Origin: Sarea resinae
Lineage: Eukaryota
Direction: 5' to 3'
DNA length: 64,000 nucleotides
Assembly (NCBI GenBank): GCA_026026165.1
Contig: JAPEUD010000008.1
Coordinates: forward strand, 372,001 to 436,000
Position 1 is the stretch's first letter, and each line of letters starts with the position of its first letter. Position numbers and translations under genes: made by a program. Below the pieces are notes generated by a model, which was not told where the DNA came from, did not search any database, and saw nothing but the letters and a program-made list of their open reading frames with translations. Below are positions 1 to 12,099 of the stretch, piece by piece.

Positions 1-1254
1 ACTTATTCATCACGCCAAAGCCGGCGCATCTCTCGAGATGATACCGAGCCGTTGCAGAAGAAGAGACGCGTTTCCGACAATGACGAGAATAGCGATGCAG
101 AAGTAGACGAGACACACGGTCCTGAAGGGCCGCGACTGGGACAGCGGACGAGTTCGTCTACGACTTCATCGAGTCCACCGCCCAAAGCCTCTGCGATCTT
201 CTCCTCGGATGCGGTGGCCACCGAAGACGATGAAACGCCACCGTCTTCACCGCCCCAGCATGCTATCCCACCACCTCGTAAGGTCCGAAGGCCTAGAGGA
301 TTGATGTCCAGACGCAAGCATACAACGACAACGACAGCCAATGCGCTTCCAAATCAAGTTCGATCACCACTGGGAGGCGCAAGTGGCAACGCTACGACTA
401 CGAAACCGACCCCGTCGCGCAAGAAGGTCCGGCTCACTCAGATGCAGATTGATCTCGGGGGAGACGTTCGAAAAGCATGCAAGACGTGTGGGATGGATTA
501 CGTACCTTCGAATGCGGAAGATGCGGCCCTGCACAAGAAGTTCCATGCCATCAACACCGGGGGGGTCGATTTTGGGAAACTGCTCGGGACGGGCCGCAGC
601 GGGGTCAGAAAGGTCTGGGAGAGCTCAAGGGCAGGGGGAGAGGGCGCTGGCTTTGTGATGGTCGTGGATCGGGCCAGTCCGGCCGCATACAAGCAACGAA
701 CGAGGCAGGTCCTGGAGGTCGTCAACACCGAGCTTTCCGCGGTGGCCATCAACCACGAGAGATGGACCAGGGTTGGTGGAAAGACTAGCGCAGGAAACAC
801 GAGCAGAGATGTCCCGGACCACGGCAACAACAGCTCGGCTCAAACGACGCTCGACAAGGAAGATCGATTCCAAGTCTATCTCTACATCGAAGGCGAGAAG
901 TGCATCGGGCTCTGTCTGGCCGAGAGTATTTCCGAAGCTTTCAAAGTGACAAAAGACGAAAGCGGCCCCAGCCTCCCCGTATCAGCCGCCGCGCCGTCAA
1001 GGAGTTCCTCCATCTCGGTCAGCAGACACGCCGACCCTGCGCTTCTGGGCATCTCTCGCATCTGGACGTCGCACTCTCATCGTCGAAAGGGCATCGGCAT
1101 CACACTGCTGGATTGCGTGCGTAACAGCTTCATCTACGCCATGCAGATCCCCAAGGACATGGTGGCGTTCAGCCAGCCTACGGAGAGCGGGGGCCGGCTG
1201 GCGGAGAAGTGGTTCGGTGCTACGACAGGCTGGCACGTGTATATGGAGCGTTGA
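1..1254 (+). CDS. ECO1: Sister-chromatid cohesion acetyltransferase Eco1/Eso1, 5'-partial
   Basis: Frame is open from base 1. PIP-like QMQIDLG, C2H2 finger CKTCGMDY...HKKFH, acetyltransferase motifs GISRIW...RRKGIG and AFSQPTESG. Confidence 0.93.
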   Translation, partial: TYSSRQSRRISRDDTEPLQKKRRVSDNDENSDAEVDETHGPEGPRLGQRTSSSTTSSSPPPKASAIFSSDAVATEDDETPPSSPPQHAIPPPRKVRRPRGLMSRRKHTTTTTANALPNQVRSPLGGASGNATTTKPTPSRKKVRLTQMQIDLGGDVRKACKTCGMDYVPSNAEDAALHKKFHAINTGGVDFGKLLGTGRSGVRKVWESSRAGGEGAGFVMVVDRASPAAYKQRTRQVLEVVNTELSAVAINHERWTRVGGKTSAGNTSRDVPDHGNNSSAQTTLDKEDRFQVYLYIEGEKCIGLCLAESISEAFKVTKDESGPSLPVSAAAPSRSSSISVSRHADPALLGISRIWTSHSHRRKGIGITLLDCVRNSFIYAMQIPKDMVAFSQPTESGGRLAEKWFGATTGWHVYMER

Positions 1255-1265
1255 TGATAACGAGG

Positions 1266-1822
1266 TGGGCGATGGGCGATGGGCAATGGGCAATGGGGAA
1301 TAGGCGTCGGGCGTCTCTTTCGGCCTCTCTTCTGGAGCTTTTCACTTTGCTTCTCCTCGGGCGTCGGGGCATCTTGAATACCTCCTCACTTTTGCGAGCT
1401 CCTTTCTTTCCTCGTATCATGTTCGACGGTACCAGTAGAGGTTTCAAAAGGCATCCATCATGCATACCTCCCCACCGCGCCATACCCCAGCTCAACAGAA
1501 CAGAATCAACAGAATCAACAGAATCAACAAAACGCCAAAAACGGTGATCTAACCAGAGTGACTCTTGTAGTATGTATAGGCTATCTGATGCCGCATCGAT
1601 GCCACCACCACCACCACCACCACCACAACAACCTAGAAGGCTGAGACTAGATGGATAGTCATAGGTGATTTGTTTTTGTTTGTTTTTTTTCCATTGTCTG
1701 TCACCCAACATGCACATGCACATACACATACACATACACATACGGCCGCATAGCTATAACTCTAAAACTATAGCCATAGCCAGAGCCGTAACTATAACCA
1801 TAGCCATAGCCAGCCAGCCAGC
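1266..1822. repeat. Cluster of simple repeats
   Basis: (GGGCRAT)n ~1267-1296, (ACAGAATCA)x3 ~1500-1527, (CCA)n ~1602-1625, (CATACA)n ~1719-1744, (TAGCCA)n ~1770-1813. Confidence 0.85.
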
Positions 1823-2473
1823 CAGGAGAGGGGTGAGGTGGGGTGCAGATGACGAAAACCTAACATCTGGATCGATCTCGTCCGCTTTCCCCCTCCCCCT
1901 CTTTTCCCCCACCAACCCCCTCGGCGTACGTCGCTTGTAGGTAGGTACGTACATACATGCAAGTCGGCGAGTTTTTACACGCTGCGATAGCGGTTGGATA
2001 CCTACTATCTTGGTCGGGTAGGTCGATCTCGCTTTCTTTTTGGGCTTGGTGCCAAGCCGGGCGGGGGCATAATGGTGTCGTGCGGAGGCAGCGGAGGCAG
2101 GAGAGGGGAGAGGGGCTTGGTAGGGGTAAAGGGGAAAGGGGTAAAGGGGAAAGGAATAAAGGGATGTCCTTTTTTTTCTGGTTGTTTTGGCTGGCTTCGC
2201 TCTCTAGAGTACAGCGTCGTGTTTGTGGCGGGGCGTGTATACGATGGAATGAATGATAGTTGGTAGCGTCAAGGCGAATGGATGACTACCTCGAAGTTTG
2301 AACCACGCTTTTCTGCATCATGGCCAACTTGCATTGAAATATCTTTTTTTCTAGGGGAAAAGAAAAGCAAAAATAAGGATTTCCTCGCACTCGATAACGA
2401 CCGTCTAAGTTGGTTTCCCTTCCTTCCTCACTGTCCTGTCAATTCCATCTCGTCAAAACCAACATGATGCTCG

Positions 2474-2570
2474 TACAGTCCCCGGCCAGAAGTTTGAGTA
2501 CACTTACCTAGGCCTAGGGGGTGGGTGGAGGTGCGTTCAAACTTCTGGCCACCCACCATGGCTGGCCACC
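2474..2570. mobile_element. Possible Tc1/mariner terminal-repeat relic with internal inverted repeats
   Basis: TA+CAGTCCCCGGCCAGAAGTTTGAGTACAC resembles Tc1-family TIR starts. Perfect 14-bp inverted repeat at 2484-2497/2537-2550. No transposase or partner end seen. Confidence 0.35.
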
Positions 2571-2664
2571 GCTAGTCGGGGTTGCGCGGATTGGTCCAGT
2601 TCTGGGAGTTTCCATTTAGAGTTAGGATTCTCGCCCAACAATGGAAACAGAGAGCAGGCTCACG

Positions 2665-3174
2665 CTACGAAGAACACTGCCCGCTGCCATTCTGGCACGT
2701 GATCGGAGTGCAGCCCCCCTTCGAAGTGACGCAGCCCCCTTCGACGATTCCGCCACCGACCCTCATGCAGGAGCAGGTGGATGTTGATCCGTCGTTGCTA
2801 GACTCCACATACATGAAATCAATGTAGCTACCGGTGCCGCCGATGTTTTGGCATCCAGTGGGAAATTGGGTCGAGGTGGCGCTAATCCCAGCGTCGTTGT
2901 TGCCCGAAGAACCCGCAAAGATGATGTCGTTGGCGAGCTGCTCGGAACTGCAGTCCGATGACATCCCATTGAAGATCAAAGAGGGAAATGTATCGGGGTC
3001 GCTGGTCTGGGTGTATCCGTAGCACTCTTCAATCGCACAGGCGCCCGCGCCATCGTCCGAGCAATCGGTGGTCGAGTACATGGTGAAATCCGCGGCGCAG
3101 ACTGCCTGAGCGGTGCGGACCCAGAGGGAGAATGCGAGTGCAGATGCTGCAGCTGATGCGCCGGTGATCTTCAT
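2665..3174 (-). CDS. Small secreted cysteine-rich protein (169 aa, 12 Cys), family not recognised
   Basis: ATG at 3174 gives a signal-peptide-like MKITGASAAASALAFSLWVRTAQA. Mature part is S/T/G/D-rich with 12 Cys. Single exon. Confidence 0.8.
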   Translation of the reverse strand: MKITGASAAASALAFSLWVRTAQAVCAADFTMYSTTDCSDDGAGACAIEECYGYTQTSDPDTFPSLIFNGMSSDCSSEQLANDIIFAGSSGNNDAGISATSTQFPTGCQNIGGTGSYIDFMYVESSNDGSTSTCSCMRVGGGIVEGGCVTSKGGCTPITCQNGSGQCSS

Positions 3175-5803
3175 GTTGGCGGTTGAATGGGGACTGGGCT
3201 GGACCTGTATTGCCTTTAGCTCTACACGCAGGGAAGAAGACAGTGGATTGAAACCCAGGAAGGAGAACAAACCGACTTGGAATAATTTCGAGACGAGTCC
3301 GGATGGAGTTGATTGGGCAATGATGGGAATGCGAGTGCTGCAATTGCGGTTTTGACCGAGCACTTGAAGGAGATTCCATGGTTCTTTTATAATGCTCATC
3401 CATGGCCCGTGGCAGGTCTGGCAAATGGCATTACCGATCATTGCAACCGTCCCGTCTACTTTTGCTGCTTCCTGTCTGGGCAAGAGAGAAACTTAGCTAC
3501 ACGCCTCGACTGCTCACTTCCCTGCGAGATACGGAGATAGTCCCGGCTGAACGAGACTCTCCAGAGCGGCGCCGACGCTTGCTACCCTTGTTGCCGTGTT
3601 GACAGTTGGATCAAAGCATTCTATTCAAGGGTCCGTTCCGGTCCAAGCTGGAGGGTCCTGTTGGTACCGATGTCATTGTCCGCATCGGAGATACGAGCAG
3701 ATATGTCCAGAGTAGGATACCGATATAGAAGGTCAGCGTCGCGTTGAGCTTGTGGAGGAGCGGTTGCATCTTTCAAGTGGCGCACCGCCGAAGAGCTGAC
3801 AACGGATAGGGAGATTTCTCATTGATTGTAGTCGTGACTGCCTGGCCGACGCTATTCTGGATTTACCTGATGAATATTAGCATGCCAGCAGAGATGGATC
3901 ATCGCGTGTGATGCTGGTGTGGGCGTGGTGTTGATAAAAGTCATAGCTCGTAGTTCGCCAGCCTAGTAGGAGTACCTTGCCTTACCGACCACTTCCATTC
4001 CCTCTTAGCTCTACGGCGGTAAGCTGGGGGGTCAACGGCCCTTCTGTGACCCACGAGGTACTTCCTGTCGCTCGCCACCCAGGCGCAGATCCAAGTATTC
4101 CTCCGGTAGTTGTCTCCTGGCGCCAACAAGGCAACGCCTCGACGCGGGCCGCCCATAGGTGTGGTCGTATCTGCAGCCATTTTCAGCCGCGCGATCTTGT
4201 TGACGATCGGCATCTCTTTCCCCAGAAAAGGATCGGCGTGGTCTCCTCTATCTGGCGGCTCCTCACTGAGGTATTCTCCGAATTGAGGGATCCTGGGGTC
4301 GGGTGTCTAGAGCTTTCAGCCTTGACGACAGCGGCGCGAGTCCCACGAGCCATCTCGTAAACGGGGCTCCGTGGGCCTATCGCGCCGCATCCACTCCCGC
4401 CTCAGTCTGGCCACTTCCCGGTCCCTAGAACTATCACGCGTACCCAAGACGAGATGCTAAACCAAACTTGAGGGCAGGCCCCGCTGCCAACATCTACGGG
4501 GCGCGTAGCATGACAGCAAGCCGAAAAGCTTGAGTATTGGAGGCCCATCGCCAAGCACGCAGCTAGAAGGCTCTGCTCCTTTGCAAACCCCTCGGATGCA
4601 TGGACGGCCCTCCACGACATACTATGGTATATCGATCAAGGCACATGGAAGTGGCAGACCCTAACCGGGAAGGTGGCTATGTAGAAACTCGCATCTTACA
4701 CTCCATTCAGCAATCGGAACCGTGCTACGGGATTGAGCCTTCTACTACTGCCCCCCAGATGTCCATCTCTCCAGCATCCACGACCGTCGTAAGGCAGGCC
4801 ACGCGTCTGTTTTCCTCTCGATTGCTGGACAAAGATGGTAGAGCTGGCTTGCCCACTCTTCTGGCTTCCGATCAGCATAGCTTGTATCTTCTTTCCCGAT
4901 AAAGGACTTCCGATGACTAAAGGCTGATGCATCGACTACCAGGCGCATATGATCAGATCGTGCCCTCAAGATTGAGTCTCCAGACCAACACCCTCATGGA
5001 ATGTTGGCCCGATCCGGTATTGTGTTCCTGAACCGCCACTCCCAGATCTCTTCAGGCTTTGCTCGATTGACAACCTGACATTAGCGTTGTCGTTTTATCG
5101 CGCATAGGTTCTTCGAACCATACCAATGCCTCTCCAACCTCGGTTCAAATTTGCTTGAGGCCAGTGCTTGGACCAAAGCTCGAGGTTCCTATTCGATCTC
5201 AACCTTTTAGCTTTCTGAAGATGGCACAGATCATTCCCGTCAGGATCATTCCCACCAGTCCAACTTCTGGCCTTTCTTTTCCCCCGGGTATCATGCCCCC
5301 TTGGCATTCCGCGGTGAAGAAAAGGTCTGCTCATAGAACCACCGGTGTCATACCGCCCGAGCCCAAGCCCTCAGCCATCAAGAGGCCACTCTGAACAAAC
5401 ATACCTATTCCAACGCAATGATGGCAGCCGTAATTCTCTGGACTAACAGTGTGCCCTAGGACTTTGTGGTATCAGTGTCGTCGTTTTGCTGAAGGTAGGA
5501 TCCTCACGGTCATAAACGCCCCTCGCGCGTTCTGACCAAGCCTTCTAGTAGTCTGCGGTACGTTCATCAAGCATGACATCGAGCGTTCCAGGTGTTTCTG
5601 CACCTTGGTTGTAAATGTAGAGGTAGTGCTGCAAGAACGGGAACAAGCGTGTCTATATATCATTTCGGGCATCTCCTAATCGCAGCAGCAAAGCACGCAA
5701 GAAAGCACGTAATTCCACTACCACGTTCTGCATTCATATTCCTATTCTGGACTGCATCTGAATCTCCGCATCTTGGACACTGCAGGTCTTTCTGCTCTAG
5801 CAA

Positions 5804-5808
5804 TATAA
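5804..5808 (+). promoter_or_regulatory. TATA-like element upstream of the 5S rRNA gene
   Basis: TATAA at -29 relative to the 5S start, the position known for Neurospora 5S genes. Confidence 0.6.
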
Positions 5809-5832
5809 GCCATTCTCAGAAGCAAGTTCATC

Positions 5833-5951
5833 ACATACGGCCATAGGTTGTGGAATATAGAGGATCCCGTCCGCTCTCCTGAACTCAAGACGCAAACCGG
5901 CGGATTAGTAGTTGGGTCGGTGACGACCAGCGAATACCCGCTGTCGTATGT
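5833..5951 (+). rRNA. Dispersed 5S rRNA gene (119 nt)
   Basis: ACATACGGCCATAGG...CCCGTCCGCTC...TTAGTAGTTGGGTCGGTGACGACCAGCGAATACCCGCTGTCGTATGT. The termini pair (helix I) and a T-run follows. Confidence 0.96.
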
Positions 5952-5955
5952 TTTT
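5951..5955 (+). terminator. Pol III oligo-T terminator of 5S
   Basis: TTTTT at the 5S 3' end, with further T-runs downstream. Confidence 0.75.
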
Positions 5956-6268
5956 GCCTCAGCTTTTTATATTTATTTTGGGGGCTGAAGTGTGCCAAAA
6001 TGCGATGTTTTAGCATCCAGTATTTTATGTTTTTTTCATTGGTCGGACGGTGAAGTAGATCTGTTGTCTGTCATCATCGGCGCCGATAGTGGACGCGAGC
6101 GAGCTGCCAGATTCCAGACCCCTGTAGAAACTCAGAGCTCCAGGAATACGTCGTATCAATCATGAACGGCTCAACCTTCTAGACGCGTGCAACGACAGGC
6201 TAATGGCATTCTTTGATGTGTAAGGTCTCGGCCAATCTGTCTCTATCAAGGATCGTCGATGATTCAGA

Positions 6269-9200
6269 ATGAAGCTGCTTTCCTTGCCATGGAGTCCCGC
6301 CATCGTGCTCCTGGCTACAGCTTCCCTCAACGCTCTCTGTGCCAGCGCGGGTGCGGCTGTCAACGTCGCTCTGAATGCATCCTTCAATGCAGCGCCCTTT
6401 TTGATCGAACTCTTGTGGGTTCTTCGCCTGCATAGTAGCTCTGCGACTAACGATTCACAGAGAAACAGCAGCAGAAGAGAATGCGACGTGCTACTTTCCA
6501 GTTCTTGATCGCATAGCAGAGGGCTACTTTGCGAGCGCTGCGACTGACGAGGAACTTTTTACCGCCTTCCTAAAGCTCTTGAAAGATGATGGACATATCG
6601 CGGCCGAGGAGGATCTTGCATCTTTCCAATTCGCGCTTTCGATACATTCGACAGCCCCTCGGATTGAGGCCCATTATCAATTCTATAAGACTGCGGTAGA
6701 GCCATCGCTGAAGACGTCTCAAGGCTCCTCTTGTACGGTATGGGCATACTTCCAGGGAAAGCAGTATTGCTCTCCAACACTGGAGGCACCGGACGCCGAT
6801 TTCGGTAGCTCTGGGTAGGTCTTCTGTCCCACAGCTTGAGAATGAAATCTAACAAACAAAATAGACATCCCGAAGAATTGCCCTTTGATAGGGTCCTTGG
6901 GAGCGCCCCGAAAGAACTGACTTCCATTCTATACGCTGATATCAATTCTCCGGAGTTCGGAAAATTCCACACCACCATGAGCCGCACTGCCAGAGATGAG
7001 AAAACATCGTATAGAATCCGGTACAAGCCTACGCTTTCGAAGATAGAGCAGCCACTAGTTGTCAGCGGCTACGGCGTAGAGCTGGCTTTGAAAAGAACGG
7101 ATTATATCGTTATAGACGATCGAGACTCTGAAACTAATCGGAGCGAAGGAGAATCAGAGAATGCAGGTAAAGGACTGGGCGAAGAAATGACGGCTGATTT
7201 GAAGCCCCTTTCTTCGAAAGAGCTCTTGAATCTCGGGGTCAAAGCCTCGAGTTTTGTGATGAGCAGCGAGAATCCCTTTGAGACCCTGCTCAAGCTCTCC
7301 TTAGATTTTCCCAAATTCTCTTCGGTCATATCTACGCATGAGACATCTGAAGAGTTCATGGCCGAGTTCCGTCACAATCGTAATATCCTCCTTCCGGCTG
7401 GATTCAACATCATCTGGATCAATGGTGTTCAGGCAGATGCCAGACAGATTGATGCGTATGCTTTGTTGGAACACCTTCGGCGGGAGAGGAAACTTGTCAA
7501 GAGCCTCAAAGAACTCGGACTATCTGGTTCAGAGGCTGTCAAGCTCTTATCAAGTCCAGAGATCGCTGAAGCCAAAGCCGAAGATGATCCACAACGTTAC
7601 GATTGGCGAGACGACCTCGAAGGGGGCAAGGTGATAATCTGGATGAACGATGTCGAAAACGACAAGAGATATGCTGGCTGGTCGTCTAATCCAACCGCTG
7701 TGAGTGTGAATACGCTATTGTTCAAATACATACTTACAAGCTGTAGCTTCTTCAAAGGACATATCCAGGGCAATTGCCAAGCGTAAGACGGGACATCCAC
7801 AATATCATCGTGCCAATGGACTTCTCCAGTCCCAAGGAAGTTGCAATGGCAGTTGAGGTCATACAAGGCTTCATAAAACGTTCTGTCCCTATCCGGTTCG
7901 GCCTCGTTCCCACAACGCGGACAATGTCTGCGGAAAGTCAAGCAAAGGTGGCTTATCATCTTCTCGATACATATGGACTTGCAGCTCTACTGCACTATTT
8001 GGAAGCTGTAAGTTTTCAGGCATCCGTGCTATCACAGTAATGTGCTGATGTTATTAGTCTTTGAGTGCGAAGGAGATATCCAAGCCCAGCAAGGCTATTT
8101 TTGACTCGACCGTCAAAGATAGGGAACCGCGCGAGCAAGAATCCGCTTCATCTTTGCAAGAGCTATTGAGATCCGACGCACTTCAGACAAGGCTAGACGA
8201 AGCTAAGACCTACCTTGAGAGACTAGGAGCAGCAAACGGTGCTGCCCCTATTTTCGTAAACGGGGTAACTGTTGCAAGAAATGATGATTGGCTTCAGATT
8301 ATGAGTGCTAGAGTGACTACGGATCTGAGGGCTATTCAGCGTGGAGTATTTGAAGAAGTGTTTCAGCCTGACACATGGTTCCCGGGTCACTTTTTGTCTA
8401 AAGCCGTTGAGAGAAGGAATCCTCTTGTTATACCTGAAGACGAGAGTACAATCAAGATTGTCGATGTTGGCAGGGTGCAGGAAAAACTGAATTACGGTAC
8501 CAACGAATTCCCTCAATTACCAATTGCCGATGGGATCCCAAAGGAAGACTGGGCCCAGCTGTTTCTCGTGGCAGACATTGCTTCTGGGGAAGGTTTGCAG
8601 CTTCTTTCGGAAGGCGCTGCATTCCACCAAGGACATCCGTCGGTCGAATTGACCGTGGTCCATAACCCTCGAGACTCAACCTCCTTGCAGCCCGACCTAG
8701 AGCAAGAAGAAGGCGCTATAAGTAGTCTGTTGCGATGGGAGAGAGACATTGAGAAAAAGCATGAAAAGTCGGAAGCTTTCTGGGAGCACAGGAAGGCACT
8801 CGTCGAGTCACTAGGTTTGCGACCAGGACAACAAGGGCTCGTACTAAACGGCCGGCTTCTAGGACCTATTACTGGGTCATCAAGCTTTTCAAAGGAGGAC
8901 TTCGAGCTCTTACTTCAATACGAAAGGAAGAAACGTATCGGACCCCTCAATGCCGCTATCTCTGCCCTTGGACTAGAGGATAAGGTCGAAAGCCCTTTCA
9001 AAGCTGCTTGGCTGTCCTCAATCATCGCTTTCTCGGCGGCTTCGGATGTGCCGGAAGGCATTTTCCAGAGTGCTTCTACCTTACGGATCGACGCATTCGA
9101 TCAATGGGAGTCAGACCACACAGCAATAGTCACGGGGGACTCTTCCGATGCCTCGATTAACATCGTAGCCGCTATTGATCCTGCGAGCGAGATGGCTCAA

Positions 9201-10958
9201 CGTTGGATACCTATCCTCAAAACCATCTCCGAGCTGAGCGGCGTGCACATGAAGCTTTTCTTGAACCCGAAAGAAAAACTCCAAGAACTGCCAATTAAAC
9301 GCTTCTACCGTCACGTTCTAGAGTCGAAGCCTACTTTCAACGAGGACGGCTCACTCTGGTCGCCGATTGCGAGCTTTACGGCTTTACCTGAAGAGGCGCT
9401 GTTGACCATAGGCATGGATGTTCCCCCGTCTTGGCTCGTTGCACCGAAAGAGTCGATCCATGACTTGGACAACATCAAGCTCAGTCTAACGAGGGGAGCA
9501 GATGTAGAGGCCACGTACGAGCTCGAGCATATCCTGATAGAAGGACACTCGAGAGATATCACCACTGGTGAGGCACCAAGAGGGGCTCAGTTGGTCCTCG
9601 GTACAGAAGAGGATCCCCATTTTGCGGACACCATCGTCATGGCGAATCTCGGATACTTCCAATTCAAAGCAAATCCTGGGTTCTGGAAGCTTGGGCTGCA
9701 GGCTGGCCGAACACAGAAGATCTTCAGCCTCGACAGCGCCGGTACTAAGGGGTATAGCCCTCAGCTTGGAGATGAAAGCCCTGAAATTGCCCTCACCAGC
9801 TTTCAGGGAAAGACGATCTTTCCTCGACTGTCGCGCAAGCAAGGCCAGGAGGAAGAGGACGTACTCGAAGCGACGGCTCCGAAACCTGGATCGCCTATGC
9901 ACTATGTCTCCAAAGCCTTCCAATTCACCGAGGATCTTCTCTCTCAGGCAGGTATCTCCACCACGGGCTCCGCCTCAACAGAACACGCCGACATCAATAT
10001 TTTTTCCGTCGCCAGTGGGCATCTCTACGAACGCATGCTCAACATCATGATGGTCAGCGTCATGAAGCACACCAAGCACAGCGTCAAGTTCTGGTTCATC
10101 GAGCAATTCCTCTCGCCATCATTCAAATCCTTCCTGCCGCACGTGGCCGCGCATTACGGCTTCTCCTACGAGATGGTCACGTTCAAATGGCCGCACTGGC
10201 TCCGCGCGCAAAAGGAAAAGCAGCGCGAGATCTGGGGCTACAAGATCCTCTTCCTGGACGTGCTCTTCCCGCTCAATCTCGAGAAGGTCATCTTCGTGGA
10301 CGCGGATCAGATCGTGCGCACGGACATGTACGACCTGGTGACGCTGGACCTGCACGGGGCGCCGTACGGCTTCACGCCCATGTGCTCGAGCCGCACCGAG
10401 ATGGACGGCTTCCGGTTCTGGAACCAAGGGTACTGGAAGTCGTTCCTGCGCGGGCGGCCGTACCACATCAGTGCGCTGTACGTGGTCGATCTGCGCCGGT
10501 TCCGGGCCCTGGCTGCCGGCGACCGCCTGCGACAGCAATACCACCAGCTCAGCGCCGACGCCAACAGCCTGAGCAATCTGGACCAGGACCTGCCGAATCA
10601 CATGCAGGCGGTGCTGCCCATCTACAGCTTGCCGCAGGAGTGGCTGTGGTGCGAGACGTGGTGCAGCGATGAGTCGCTGAAGGAGGCCCGCACCATCGAC
10701 CTGTGTAATAATCCCCTGACCAAGGAGCCGAAGCTTGATCGGGCTCGCCGACAGGTGCCGGAGTGGGGGGTCTACGATGAGGAGATTGCGGTGCTGGCGA
10801 AAAGAGTCAGGGGCGGCGAGGAGGGTGACACAACGGCTACCATTAGCAGTGGTGGTGGTGATGACGGGAGCGACGTTCCCGAATCATCTGCCTCCGCGGC
10901 ATCTCCGTCTACCGAAAATGGCGGGAAGGACGGGCATGTTGTCAGAGATGAGCTATAG
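6269..10958 (+). CDS. KRE5: UDP-glucose:glycoprotein glucosyltransferase (UGGT/Kre5/Gpt1), 5 exons
   Basis: Signal peptide, GYGVELALKRTDY, GT24 domain (INIFSVASGHLYERML, FVDADQ, NLDQDLPN, WLWCETWC), C-terminal RDEL. Introns 6415-6460, 6815-6864, 7700-7746, 8008-8057. Confidence 0.96.
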
Positions 10959-12099
10959 TACATAGAATCAAGAGGCATGGAAGGGAAAGGAAGTCCAATA
11001 GGGCGTTTTTTTTTTTTACAATCGATCAATAATAACATGTTTTACCCATCTATCTACCTCAAAGCTTTCAACGTATATCGATCGATGTTGATTACTTCTT
11101 CTCTATCGAGTCTTTCCCATGGCTTTCCTGGCCCGGGGGATCGAGCCTATATAGAGGTACGAGAAGATACTTTGGTGTTGTGCTGTGCTGTGCTGTGCAT
11201 GCTAAGTCTGTCTGTGATAGTCATCTACCTAAGCTATCCATATAGAACCACCTACCTGCGTATGATAGTAGATAGGCCTTTACCTCCTTTACCTCCGCGT
11301 CGTCTTTCTTATCCCTATTCACTTAGCATAGACCGTCTTCTACAAGAAGAAAGAAAGAAAGTAGGTAGATATGCTTGCCCTCTGCTGGACTAGAGTAGAG
11401 AGAGGAGGCTCTACAGCAAGTCAGCTCGGTCAGCCGAGGAACGGGCGTAGTGCATGTAATCTACCACGCTGCTTCCAGCACGGTTCCTACAGCCTCAACC
11501 TCGGCCTCAACTTCAGCCTCGCGCCCCCATCTACCTGACCCGGGATCGGGAAGGGAGGAAAGGATTCAACAAGACAAAGCATGCACACAGCAGACGAGCA
11601 GGTACAAACGACGAGGTCAGGCCATCAAGTATTTTCATTCTCGTAATTATCTGCATTCAGCGGGGTCTGCCTGCTTTGGATGAAATAGGTAGTCGACAAG
11701 AACGACCGAGAGAGAAAGAAACGACGCCCTCGCCTCAGAAAAAATAGGCCGAGCGGGAAAACCTGGAAAACCACGCATGCATGCATGTGATGGTAACCGA
11801 AGCGGGCAGACAGGGACAAAGAACTAACACCGTTGAAGAGCCGTGCCTCCGCCGTTCCTCCCAGTCCAAAGCCCAAACCCTGAAGCCAACCAGTTAACCG
11901 GACTCGTTCGCGCCGGGAAGGAAAAACCGCCGACAAATGAAAATAATTCCATCAGAGTAAGAAGATGAACGTTCAAGTGAGGGACGAGGAAAGACGGAGA
12001 GAGATGGATGAACAGGTGTGTGCCCAAATCCGTTCTATTTCCTGTTCAGACCGTAGTCACTCAGAGTCCACTTCGAATTAGATAGAGTAGACAGGCGAT

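Noticed and set aside
3175..3483. Upstream extension of the 272-aa ORF
   Set aside because: The signal peptide begins at the internal ATG (3174); the extension looks like promoter or UTR.
10119..10672. Long antisense and alternate-frame ORFs over UGGT (also over TAF12, AVO2 and the glyoxalase gene)
   Set aside because: Shadow ORFs expected from high GC and low-complexity codons.
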